Shown piece by piece: positions 1 through 7,498 of a stretch of 11,361 nt of DNA; within the stretch, counting starts at the first letter, position 1; the number at the start of each line of letters is the position of its first letter. Origin of the DNA: a virus; UHGV virus genome UHGV-0806597; one strand, given 5' to 3'. A model generated the notes under the pieces. The model worked only from the letters and a program-made list of their open reading frames with translations, searched no databases and was not told where the DNA came from. Position numbers and translations under genes: made by a program.

Positions 1-99
1 ATTAGACATCAAGTATATACCCCGTTCCATCGTTGAAAAATTTCCTATCACCAACGATGCTAACCACAGTTCGACCAGGCGTTCGACATCGAAGCGTAT

Positions 100-558
100 A
101 TGCAGGATTATCAGGGCTTCAACACCCAGATGTGGGAGAAGTTTGGGGGTATCCAATTGCAAGACGAAGTGACGTTCTCTATCTCACGCCGCCGATTTGC
201 CGAGGTGATAGGCAACGGTGTTGGGATTGAACAACAACCTCAGGAAGGTGACCTGATCTATCTACCACTGGCGAACAAGATCTTCAAGGTCAACAACCCG
301 AACAACGATGAAGACTTCATGCAATTTGGCAAATGGTATACGTTCTCTCTGCCGTGCACGTTGTTCCAGTACGGCAACGAAAACTTCGATACGGGTGTTC
401 CGGAGATCGACGATATCGACAAACGTCTGTCCATCTTGGACGAAGAGAACGAACCGGACGTGTACAAGGATTCTTCTCTACAGACTGACAATGCTTTAGC
501 AGATGATCTTGAGAAGGGGCTTGCAACAGACAAGATGAAGATCGACTTTGGAGAATAA
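100..558 (+). CDS. hypothetical virion protein (152 aa), acidic C-terminus; possibly a neck-protein (gp14-like) homolog by position upstream of the gp15-like gene
   Basis: ATG at 100 follows in-frame stops at 34-36 and 61-63. The TAA stop at 556-558 sits inside the RBS region of the next gene (tGGAGaataatcATG). No motif I recognise; assignment is by synteny only. Confidence 0.45.
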   Translation: MQDYQGFNTQMWEKFGGIQLQDEVTFSISRRRFAEVIGNGVGIEQQPQEGDLIYLPLANKIFKVNNPNNDEDFMQFGKWYTFSLPCTLFQYGNENFDTGVPEIDDIDKRLSILDEENEPDVYKDSSLQTDNALADDLEKGLATDKMKIDFGE

Positions 559-560
559 TC

Positions 561-1088
561 ATGGCCAGACCATTTGAAAATTACTTCTACCATGATTCAT
601 TGATGAAATACATCAATCTGTTTGCCACCATTATGTCTGATCTGAAGGTGAACACAGAGCGTGGTCTTATGGAAGTCCCATTACACATGGCCATCGGGAG
701 ACGCAATGACCTCAACAGGAACGTGCCGTCCAACATGCTTCCATTTGCGACCTTCTCTTTTGGTCAGTTTGAGATCAACAAACAGGTGACGAAGACGTAC
801 CACAATCGACAATCGACACCAACAGCAGGGGCGAAGCAGCGAATCCCCCTGATTATCGATTTTGAGTACAATATCCGAACCAAGAAATTGGTTGAGATGT
901 TACAGGTGCTAGAGCAGGTTTATTCGGTATTCACTCCCTCTCTAGACTGTGGTATCAAGGACAACGATACACTACAGCAAGACCAGAAGATCAAGATCCA
1001 ACTGATCAAGCCTACCAGATGTCCGATAACTGGGAAGGGGATGCTTCTGATTCACCACACGTCGACTGCTCCTTCATGTTCCAGCTGA
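561..1088 (+). CDS. tail sheath stabiliser / tail completion protein (gp15-like), N-terminal portion; reading frame appears to break near 1015-1030
   Basis: GGAG lies 7 nt upstream of ATG 561. The N-terminus MARPFENYFYHDSLMKYINLF resembles my recollection of the T4 gp15 N-terminus (MFGYFYNSSFRRY...), and the gene sits immediately upstream of the small terminase as in T4. The last ~22 residues in this frame (CPITGKGMLLIHHTSTAPSCSS) look non-native. Confidence 0.5.
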   Translation: MARPFENYFYHDSLMKYINLFATIMSDLKVNTERGLMEVPLHMAIGRRNDLNRNVPSNMLPFATFSFGQFEINKQVTKTYHNRQSTPTAGAKQRIPLIIDFEYNIRTKKLVEMLQVLEQVYSVFTPSLDCGIKDNDTLQQDQKIKIQLIKPTRCPITGKGMLLIHHTSTAPSCSS

Positions 1089-1258
1089 GCGGCTTCATCT
1101 ACGGGTATGACTATTGGGTGGACAACGGTGGAGGCGGGGATCCTAACGGGATCAAAGAGATAATTATCGAAATGTCTAATGATTTGAAAACACCGTGGAC
1201 GGAACTGCCGGAGTGGTTCCGTGTTGACAAAGACGGTGTACATCATCCTGGAGATTGA
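1019..1258 (+). CDS. gp15-like C-terminal portion in the -1 frame (probable continuation of 561-1088 after a frameshift)
   Basis: Overlaps the previous ORF by 70 nt in another frame. Its translation (DCSFMFQLSGFIYGYDYWVDNGGG...) is globular-looking. No Shine-Dalgarno precedes ATG 1019. Its TGA stop at 1256-1258 abuts the small terminase start. Confidence 0.4.
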   Translation: MSDNWEGDASDSPHVDCSFMFQLSGFIYGYDYWVDNGGGGDPNGIKEIIIEMSNDLKTPWTELPEWFRVDKDGVHHPGD

Positions 1259-1260
1259 TT

Positions 1261-1968
1261 ATGAGTGCTATGTCAGAACGCCTATTATCCACCCTCAGTG
1301 CTATCCAAGCGCGGGATGAGGTCGCTCAAGAAGTCATGGAGAAGACCTCGCCTGTGGCTGGAAAGGATTACGATCCGGATACAGGCTTGTGGTTGGGTGA
1401 AAAGCCTGTGGGGTATGAGCCTGTGGTGTTTCCTCCTTCATTGGACCCAGAAGAGCTGAAGCCCAAGGAGTCTAAGGTTCCAGACTTCGAAGACACTGAT
1501 GCCACCACCGACTACAAACGCATCCGTGACACGACTTATGCCATGCAGGAAGCCACGATGTTCATGATGGGACAGGCAGCCAAACTTGCGACGACGACTG
1601 AAGCACCCCGCGCTTTCACAGTCTTCAAGGAGTTGGGTGAACTCATGCGCGGTCTGAACAAAGACCTGATGGAGAACCAGAAAACTATCAAGGCGGTCAC
1701 GGGCGACAGAGAGCCACCTCCTGGAGACGAAACAACCGTCGAGGTCACCACGTCCCCTGATGGCACAACCACGGTCAACGTCGGTAAACAGGCCAGGTCT
1801 TCTCGTGATCTACTGAAGACCATCGAAGACGCCCGTAAACGTGCTGAAGAACGTACTGCAGCGAAAGCTGCATCCAAAGGACCTGATCCCGAAGAAGATG
1901 TAATCGACGTTCAGGCGGAGCCACAGCCGAAGGAAGAAGGTGAAGACGATGGCGTATCAGAAACGTGA
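1261..1968 (+). CDS. terminase small subunit (gp16-like) with an extended acidic C-terminus
   Basis: GGAG at 1250-1253 lies 7 nt before ATG 1261 (the ORF track starts at TTG 1255). The central region (...YKRIRDTTYAMQEATMFMMGQAAKLATTTEAPRAFTVFKELGELMRGLNKDLMENQK) matches the pattern I recall for T4 gp16. It overlaps the large terminase start by 29 nt, as genes 16/17 do in T4. Confidence 0.65.
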   Translation: MSAMSERLLSTLSAIQARDEVAQEVMEKTSPVAGKDYDPDTGLWLGEKPVGYEPVVFPPSLDPEELKPKESKVPDFEDTDATTDYKRIRDTTYAMQEATMFMMGQAAKLATTTEAPRAFTVFKELGELMRGLNKDLMENQKTIKAVTGDREPPPGDETTVEVTTSPDGTTTVNVGKQARSSRDLLKTIEDARKRAEERTAAKAASKGPDPEEDVIDVQAEPQPKEEGEDDGVSET

Positions 1969-4159
1969 TGTAGAATACGCCCCGCTCAAGACGGGGTTTA
2001 AGACAGAAGACGTCAGACTGCGTATGGACCAAACGTTCATGCGCAAGCCGTCTGTGCGCGCTCCTCGAGTGGAGTTGATGCTAACAGATGAGCAGGAATC
2101 GGAGTTCGTCGAGTGTGCGATGGACGCCCATTACTTCGCCGCCAACTACTACAAGATCACGACCATCGATAAAGGCTTCATCCTCTTTGACATGCACGAT
2201 TATCAGAAGCAGTTGTTCCATGACTTCCAGGACTATCGATTCAATGTGGTCGTCCAGGCTCGTCAGTCTGGGAAATGTGTAAAAGGTGACACGCTTGTCA
2301 CAGTTTACGATACTCTCAGCCAAGAGGAGTTGATCCTGACCATAGGGGAGCTTCACAGCCGCTTTGAGGACGTCAACCACGCTGTGCCGCTGAATACCAT
2401 TGGCAACCATGACAAGTTCGTGGACAGCCGCTTCGGCAAACGTTACTTTGTACAATCCGATAGTGGCTGGGTTCCGGTTATCGCAGCGCATAAGACGAAG
2501 AAATATGCGGAATTCGTTATTGTGACTGTTACTGGGCGGCGAATTAACGTGGCCGATGAACATATGTTCTTCACTCCGGAAATGAAGGAGATATTTGCCA
2601 AAGACCTGAATGCTGGGTCATACATCATGACGTCAGAAGGTCCAGAAGAAATCCGTGAGATTTGGCAGACTGGTGAAATGCATCACATGTATGACCTACA
2701 GGTGAAATCTAGTGATCAGCGCTACTACACCAACGGCTTCCTCAGCCACAACACGACAGTTGTGGCAGCGTTCCTGCTCTGGTATGCAATGTTCCACTCC
2801 GACAAAGAGATCGCAGTACTGGCGAACAAAGAGAAGCAGGCGATTGAAATCCTAGATCGTATTCGCAAAGCATATCAAGATTTGCCATTCTTCCTCCAAC
2901 AGGGTTGTGAGAAGTTCGGTTCCACGCTGATAGAGTTCGAAAACGGATCAAAGATCTACGCCTATGCGACATCTTCCGACTCCATCCGTGGTCGATCTGT
3001 ATCGCTCCTGTATGTGGACGAAGTGGCGTTCATCGAAAACGACTTTGAGTTCTGGGAGTCTACATTCCCGGCGATTGCATCTGCGGATACTTCACGTTGT
3101 ATCTTGACCAGTACGCCGAAAGGTCAGCGCGGGTTGTTCTACGACATCGTCACCAAGGCGAATCCAGAACATCCACAATACAACGACTTCAAACTCACAG
3201 AGGTTCCATGGTATCGTGTTCCAACATACACCAAGGATCCGAACTGGGAATCCAAACAGAGGGCGAAGCTGGGCGATGCACGTTTCGATCAAGAATTTGG
3301 CATTAAGTTCCGTGGTTCTGTAGGATCGCTGATACCTGCCAAGTGTCTAGACAAGATGACCTCGAAACTCTATCAGGAGCCGAACGAGTTCACCAAGATC
3401 TACCACGATTACGATCCGAAGCGCATCTACATGGGTATCGCCGATACAGGCAAAGGTGTGGAGGGGGATTACTCTGTTCTGACCATCTTGGATATCACAG
3501 ACTATCCTCACAAGATTGCAGCCAAGTATCGGAACAACACGATACCTCCAATGATGTACGCGTACACAATCGCCGATATGGGCGAGAAGTATGGAACGTG
3601 TCCGATGCTAGTCGAGACCAACAACGACGTGGGTGGTCAGGTAATCACAATTCTATACCAGGAAATTGAATATCCCGAGATCATATTCACTACAACAGAT
3701 ACCAAGGGTACAGGCAAGAGAATCGGTGGTCGCCGCCCTGAGCCTGGTATCAATACCAACAAGAAGGTGCGCACAAACGGCTGCGCCAACCTGAAAGCCC
3801 TGATTGAACGTGAAATGCTGGTGATAGATGACCAGGACACGATAGATGAACTCAGTACATTCGTATGGACTGGGACAAGGTATGAAGCCGATGATGGTTG
3901 TCATGATGACTGTGTAATGCCTCTTGTGCTGTATGCATGGGCGGTGAAACAAGAATGGTTTAGTGACCTCACCAACTCCAGTATCTCAGTTGACATGAGA
4001 GGACGGTTGTCTGCGATGGAAGAATCACAGATGCTACCATTTGGAGGTATGATGTCGACGCCAGATCCTCACTCTGTGGAGAACATCCCAGGGTTCGGTG
4101 GAATTCAGGTTTATGATGAACGCTCTGGTATGTCTATGGAAGAATGGCTGAGACGGTGA
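1940..4159 (+). CDS. terL: terminase large subunit (gp17-like ATPase/nuclease), 739-aa precursor containing a 159-aa mini-intein; predicted spliced product 580 aa
   Basis: With the intein removed, the Walker A reads VVQARQSGK|TTVVAAFLLW (T4: SRQLGKTTVVAIFLAHF). Walker B is LLYVDEVAFI, the coupling motif is ILTSTPKG, the nuclease motifs are IADTGKG...DYSVLTILD and HDDCVMPLVLYAW (T4: HDDLVMSLVIFGW). Collinear with T4 gp17 as I recall it. Confidence 0.95.
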   Translation: MKTMAYQKRDVEYAPLKTGFKTEDVRLRMDQTFMRKPSVRAPRVELMLTDEQESEFVECAMDAHYFAANYYKITTIDKGFILFDMHDYQKQLFHDFQDYRFNVVVQARQSGKCVKGDTLVTVYDTLSQEELILTIGELHSRFEDVNHAVPLNTIGNHDKFVDSRFGKRYFVQSDSGWVPVIAAHKTKKYAEFVIVTVTGRRINVADEHMFFTPEMKEIFAKDLNAGSYIMTSEGPEEIREIWQTGEMHHMYDLQVKSSDQRYYTNGFLSHNTTVVAAFLLWYAMFHSDKEIAVLANKEKQAIEILDRIRKAYQDLPFFLQQGCEKFGSTLIEFENGSKIYAYATSSDSIRGRSVSLLYVDEVAFIENDFEFWESTFPAIASADTSRCILTSTPKGQRGLFYDIVTKANPEHPQYNDFKLTEVPWYRVPTYTKDPNWESKQRAKLGDARFDQEFGIKFRGSVGSLIPAKCLDKMTSKLYQEPNEFTKIYHDYDPKRIYMGIADTGKGVEGDYSVLTILDITDYPHKIAAKYRNNTIPPMMYAYTIADMGEKYGTCPMLVETNNDVGGQVITILYQEIEYPEIIFTTTDTKGTGKRIGGRRPEPGINTNKKVRTNGCANLKALIEREMLVIDDQDTIDELSTFVWTGTRYEADDGCHDDCVMPLVLYAWAVKQEWFSDLTNSSISVDMRGRLSAMEESQMLPFGGMMSTPDPHSVENIPGFGGIQVYDERSGMSMEEWLRR
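2276..2752 (+). other. mini-intein (Hint domain only, no homing-endonuclease domain) inserted between Lys and Thr of the terminase Walker A motif
   Basis: Begins with Cys (CVKGDTLVTV, block A-like) and ends ...MHHMYDLQVKSSDQRYYTNGFLSHN followed by Thr at +1 (blocks F/G-like, terminal His-Asn). Excising residues 113-271 restores a canonical GKTT P-loop. At 159 aa it is too short to carry an endonuclease domain. Confidence 0.85.
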
Positions 4160-4160
4160 T

Positions 4161-4169
4161 CACTAAATA
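4161..4169 (+). promoter_or_regulatory. candidate late-promoter -10-like element CACTAAATA upstream of the tail sheath gene
   Basis: CACTAAATA lies 42 nt upstream of ATG 4212 in the terminase-sheath intergenic region. The same 9-mer recurs upstream of the scaffold gene on the - strand. It resembles the T4 late-promoter core TATAAATA. Confidence 0.35.
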
Positions 4170-4211
4170 TCTTTCAAATTGAGCGAAACTCTACAGAGAA
4201 GGAATAAGATT

Positions 4212-6107
4212 ATGGCAACTCAAAGCTTCAGCGTTGCGCCGTCCGTACAGTGGACTGAGCGTGATGCCACGCTTCAGACGTCTCCATCCGTTGTTGTTCA
4301 GGGTGCGACTGTCGGCAAATTCCAATGGGGTGAAGCAGAACTCCCTGTGTTGGTCACTGGTGGTGAAACTGGTCTGGTGAAGAAATTCTTCAAGCCAAAC
4401 GATGCAACTGCCACCGACTTCTTGGTGATTGCTGACTTCCTGTCTTACAGCTCTGTTGCATGGGTGACCCGTGTGGTCGGTCCGGCGGCACGCAACGCTG
4501 TAACCAAAGGTCAGACTGCAATCCTTATCCGCAACAAACTAGACTTCGAAACTGCGTCCCCATCTGCGTCTATTACTTGGACAGGCCGCTATGCTGGCTC
4601 TCTGGGTAACGACATTGCTGTGAACATCTGTGACGCTGCGCTGTTCCCGACCTGGGAATTCCGTAACAACTTCGCATATGCTCCGCAGGATGGCGAGTAC
4701 CACATCGCCATCGTTGACAAAGTAGGTCGCATCACCGACTCTTCTGGCGCTGTTAGTCAGGTTGATCGTATCTCTGTATCCGGTACTGCCACCGCTGCTG
4801 GTTCCATCTCTGTTGCTGGGGAAGCCGTGGCGTACACTGACGCTGACACCCCGGCGACTCTGGCGACAAAGATCGGAACTGCGCTGACGTCTCTGTCTAG
4901 CGTGTATTCTTCTGTTGTCGTGAAGTCCAACACCGTCACCGTCACTCACAAAGCAATCGGTCCTCAGGCTGCGACTGCGATTGTTCCAGACGCGAATGGC
5001 CTGACTGCTACCGCTGCCGTCACCACTGTTGGTGCTTCCGGTACGATCATCGAGAAGTATGAACTGGTGCAGACCACTCAGGGTTCTAAGAAATCTGATG
5101 GATCCAATGCGTACTTCAAAGACGTGATCAACAGCACCTCAAATTGGGTGTACACCTTCGCCACTACCCTGGCTGCTGGTGTCATTGAACTCGAAGGTGG
5201 TGTAGACGATTACACTGGGAACCGTGTTGCGGCTATCCAGGCACTGAACAACGCCGAAGCGTATGATGCCAAGCCAGTGTTCGGTTTCTGTGAAGAACTG
5301 ATTGAGCAGCAGGCACTGATCGACCTGTCCACTGAGCGTAAAGACACAGTGTCCTTCGTGTCTCCTCTTCGCGATGCGGTCGTCGGAAACCGTGGCCGTG
5401 AGATGGAAGATGTTGTGGCCTGGCGTGAAAGCCTTGTTCGCGACTCCTCCTACTTCTTCATGGATGACAACTGGGCGTATGTGTACGACAAGTACAACGA
5501 CAAAATGCGTTGGATTCCGGCTTGTGGTGGCACCGCAGGTGTTTGGGCGCGAAGCATTGAAATCGCGGGTATCTACAAATCTCCGGCGTTCCACAACCGT
5601 GGTAAATACAACAACTATAATCGAATGGCGTGGTCTGCGTCTTCTGATGAGCGTGCTGTGCTATATCGCAACCAGATCAACAGCATCGTCACCTTCTCCA
5701 ACGAAGGCATCGTGTTGTACGGCGACAAGACTGGCCTGACCCGCCCATCTGCGTTCGACCGCATCAACGTTCGTGGTCTGTTCATTATGGCAGAACAGAA
5801 CATCGCAGCCATCGCCAAATACTACCTTGGTGAGAACAACGATGCATTCACTCGTGGGTTGTTCAGCAACGCTGTCCGCCCATATATCCGCCAGTTGGCC
5901 AACATGGGCGCGATCTATGACGGGATGGTGAAGTGTGACGAGGACAACAACACTGCGGAAGTTATCGCTGCGAACCAGATGGTCGCGGGTATTTGGCTCA
6001 AGCCGGAATACTCAATAAATTGGATATTTTTAGATTTCGCCGCCGTCCGCCCAGACATGGAGTTCTCCGAGATCGAATCCGGTGGTGGTATCGTTGCAGC
6101 CTCCTAA
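4212..6107 (+). CDS. contractile tail sheath protein (gp18-like)
   Basis: AAGGA lies 8 nt before ATG 4212 (the ORF track starts at in-frame TTG 4179). VGKFQWGEAE near the N-terminus matches T4 AGKFQWGPAF. The C-terminal block DKYNDKMRWIP...VLYGDKTGLTRPSAFDRINVRGLF...NNDAFTRGLF...SINWIFLDFAAV is collinear with T4 gp18 (DKYNDVNRWVP...VLYGDKT...PFDRINVRRLF...NNAFTRSSF...SINYITLNFVA). Confidence 0.9.
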   Translation: MATQSFSVAPSVQWTERDATLQTSPSVVVQGATVGKFQWGEAELPVLVTGGETGLVKKFFKPNDATATDFLVIADFLSYSSVAWVTRVVGPAARNAVTKGQTAILIRNKLDFETASPSASITWTGRYAGSLGNDIAVNICDAALFPTWEFRNNFAYAPQDGEYHIAIVDKVGRITDSSGAVSQVDRISVSGTATAAGSISVAGEAVAYTDADTPATLATKIGTALTSLSSVYSSVVVKSNTVTVTHKAIGPQAATAIVPDANGLTATAAVTTVGASGTIIEKYELVQTTQGSKKSDGSNAYFKDVINSTSNWVYTFATTLAAGVIELEGGVDDYTGNRVAAIQALNNAEAYDAKPVFGFCEELIEQQALIDLSTERKDTVSFVSPLRDAVVGNRGREMEDVVAWRESLVRDSSYFFMDDNWAYVYDKYNDKMRWIPACGGTAGVWARSIEIAGIYKSPAFHNRGKYNNYNRMAWSASSDERAVLYRNQINSIVTFSNEGIVLYGDKTGLTRPSAFDRINVRGLFIMAEQNIAAIAKYYLGENNDAFTRGLFSNAVRPYIRQLANMGAIYDGMVKCDEDNNTAEVIAANQMVAGIWLKPEYSINWIFLDFAAVRPDMEFSEIESGGGIVAAS

Positions 6108-6112
6108 CGCGC

Positions 6113-6132
6113 ATGCCCTCTTCGGAGGGCAT
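6113..6132 (+). terminator. stem-loop with UUCG tetraloop (ATGCCCTC-TTCG-GAGGGCAT) just after the sheath stop; possible terminator or mRNA-stabilising hairpin
   Basis: Perfect 8-bp stem with a TTCG loop, 5 nt after the TAA at 6105-6107, followed by TTTCAAT. Only a weak U-tract, so terminator function is uncertain. Confidence 0.35.
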
Positions 6133-6186
6133 TTCAATGGTCTCTCGCGGGTTAAAATGGAACGATTTTACTGAGAGAGCATCGAA

Positions 6187-6885
6187 ATGATCGGAAGTGT
6201 TTACAAAATTACAAATCTAGTCAATCAGAAAGCCTATATCGGTATCACCACAAGAGACCCAAGCCATAGGTGGTGGGAACATTGTAACAGCGCTCGAAAT
6301 GGTTCCGACTACGGTATCCATCAAGCTATTCGCAAGCACGGTGAAGAATCATTCTCGTTCCAAGTGATTGCCCAGACCAAGTCCATAAAAGATCTTAAAG
6401 AATTAGAGATCATCCTGATCAAGCAGCATGACACCCACATGTCAACTCAGAAAGGGTACAACAAAACTTGGGGCGGTGATGGTGCAACATTCACTGGCAA
6501 GACCGGCGCTATTGATGCATCGACCGGAGAGCGTATCGGCCTCGTAGACTGTGATGACCCTAGATGGTCGACAGGAGAGATAATACACTGCAAGGTCGGG
6601 GTCAAGCGTTCTTTCTCAAAGAGCCTGTCTGAATTCGCCAAAGCAAGAACCGGATCCAAGAACTCCAACGCCAAGCGATTCAAATTAGTATCTCCTTCCG
6701 GCGAAGAACACGAAATCCACGGGAACTGTCGTGAATATGTGGAGAGGTTGGGACTTAAATATTCAGCACTCTATGATTACATCGACAAGGGTATTCCAGT
6801 TCCACCACCGTCTGTGTATCATAGGAAAACTGCGACCGCAGAGCGTTTGAATACGACGGGTTGGCAGCTAATTAGAATTGTGTAA
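6187..6885 (+). CDS. free-standing GIY-YIG homing endonuclease (Seg / I-TevI-like)
   Basis: The N-terminus GSVYKITNLVNQKAYIGITTRDPSHRWWEH...IHQAIRKHGEESFSF...LKELEIILIKQH...YN has the GIY-(10-11 aa)-YIG spacing and the conserved Arg, Glu and Asn of the GIY-YIG fold. The C-terminal region (CDD...HCKVG; EHEIHGNCREYVERLGLKYSALYDYI) looks like a DNA-binding extension. It is inserted between the sheath and tube genes and has only a weak RBS. Confidence 0.85.
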   Translation: MIGSVYKITNLVNQKAYIGITTRDPSHRWWEHCNSARNGSDYGIHQAIRKHGEESFSFQVIAQTKSIKDLKELEIILIKQHDTHMSTQKGYNKTWGGDGATFTGKTGAIDASTGERIGLVDCDDPRWSTGEIIHCKVGVKRSFSKSLSEFAKARTGSKNSNAKRFKLVSPSGEEHEIHGNCREYVERLGLKYSALYDYIDKGIPVPPPSVYHRKTATAERLNTTGWQLIRIV

Positions 6886-6905
6886 CTCTTTCTGGAGAAT
6901 CTATA

Positions 6906-7439
6906 ATGGCTACAGTTAATGAATTCAGAGCAGCTATGTCACGCGGGGGCGGCGTTCAGCGCCAACACCGTTGGCGTGTAACTGTTAACTTCCCTTCCTT
7001 CGTGGCTGGAAGCGATACTATCCGTGATGTTTCGCTGTTGGCAGTGACCACAAATACCCCAACAGGCCAGCTCGGGGAAATACTCGTCCCATGGGGTGGT
7101 CGTGAACTTCCATTCCCAGGTGACCGCCGCTTCGAGGCTCTGCCTGTGACGTTCATCAACGTCGTGGACAACGCCCCGTATAACGCATTCGAAGTCTGGC
7201 AGCAGTATATCAACGGCAGCAACAACAACCGTGCGTCTGCTAACCCAGATGATTATTTCCGTGATGTAATCATGGAACTGCTGGATGCGAATGACAACGT
7301 CACCAAGACTTGGACCCTTCAGGGCACCTGGCCTCAGAACCTCGGTCAGCTGGAACTGGACATGTCTGCAATGGACTCTTATACTCAGTTCACTGTTGAC
7401 CTGCGTTACTTCCAGGCCATCTCAGACAAGTCTCTCTAA
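6906..7439 (+). CDS. tail tube protein (gp19-like)
   Basis: GGAGA lies 7 nt before ATG 6906. The C-terminal TWTLQGTWPQNLGQLELDMSAMDSYTQFTVDLRYF parallels T4 gp19 IEIKGLWPTNVGELQLDWDSNNEIQTFEVTLALDYWE as I recall it. Position between sheath and portal genes is as in T4. Confidence 0.85.
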   Translation: MATVNEFRAAMSRGGGVQRQHRWRVTVNFPSFVAGSDTIRDVSLLAVTTNTPTGQLGEILVPWGGRELPFPGDRRFEALPVTFINVVDNAPYNAFEVWQQYINGSNNNRASANPDDYFRDVIMELLDANDNVTKTWTLQGTWPQNLGQLELDMSAMDSYTQFTVDLRYFQAISDKSL

Positions 7440-7440
7440 T

Positions 7441-7498
7441 GTCCTCAGTGCTGGGGGATCTTATTCCCCCTCACTAATTACAAGAAAATGTTGAGGAC
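7441..7498 (+). promoter_or_regulatory. nested hairpin in the tube-portal intergenic region; the outer stem overlaps the portal Shine-Dalgarno
   Basis: Inner stem GGGGGA (7453-7458) pairs with TCCCCC (7465-7470) around a 6-nt loop. Outer stem GTCCTCA (7441-7447) pairs with TGAGGAC (7492-7498), which contains the GAGGA SD of the portal ATG at 7505. Confidence 0.3.

Noticed and set aside
33-230. 65-aa ORF starting at TTG 33, and other short alternative-frame ORFs (308-499, 1265-1459, 3097-3306, 3343-3669, 5374-5739, 5993-6190, 7285-7494, 7581-7847)
   Set aside because: They overlap better-supported genes in other frames, several depend on a TTG start, and their translations are Arg/Ser/Cys-rich as expected for out-of-frame readings.
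1000-1090. Programmed ribosomal frameshift site in the gp15-like gene
   Set aside because: No X-XXY-YYZ slippery heptamer or obvious downstream pseudoknot in the overlap. An indel or sequencing error is more parsimonious, so it is reported only as an apparent frameshift.
2081-2563. 160-aa ORF on the - strand inside the terminase intein region, and other - strand ORFs within 1940-6107
   Set aside because: Antisense to the terminase and sheath genes, whose frames have strong motif support. No RBS and no recognisable motifs.
2276-2752. Homing-endonuclease (LAGLIDADG or HNH) domain inside the intein
   Set aside because: The intein is only 159 aa with no room between the N- and C-terminal splicing blocks for an endonuclease domain. 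It is called a mini-intein.
6899-6907. TATAAT (-10-like) at 6902-6907
   Set aside because: It overlaps the tube-gene start codon (ctATAATGgct) and sits downstream of the SD, so it is part of the translation start context and not a promoter.
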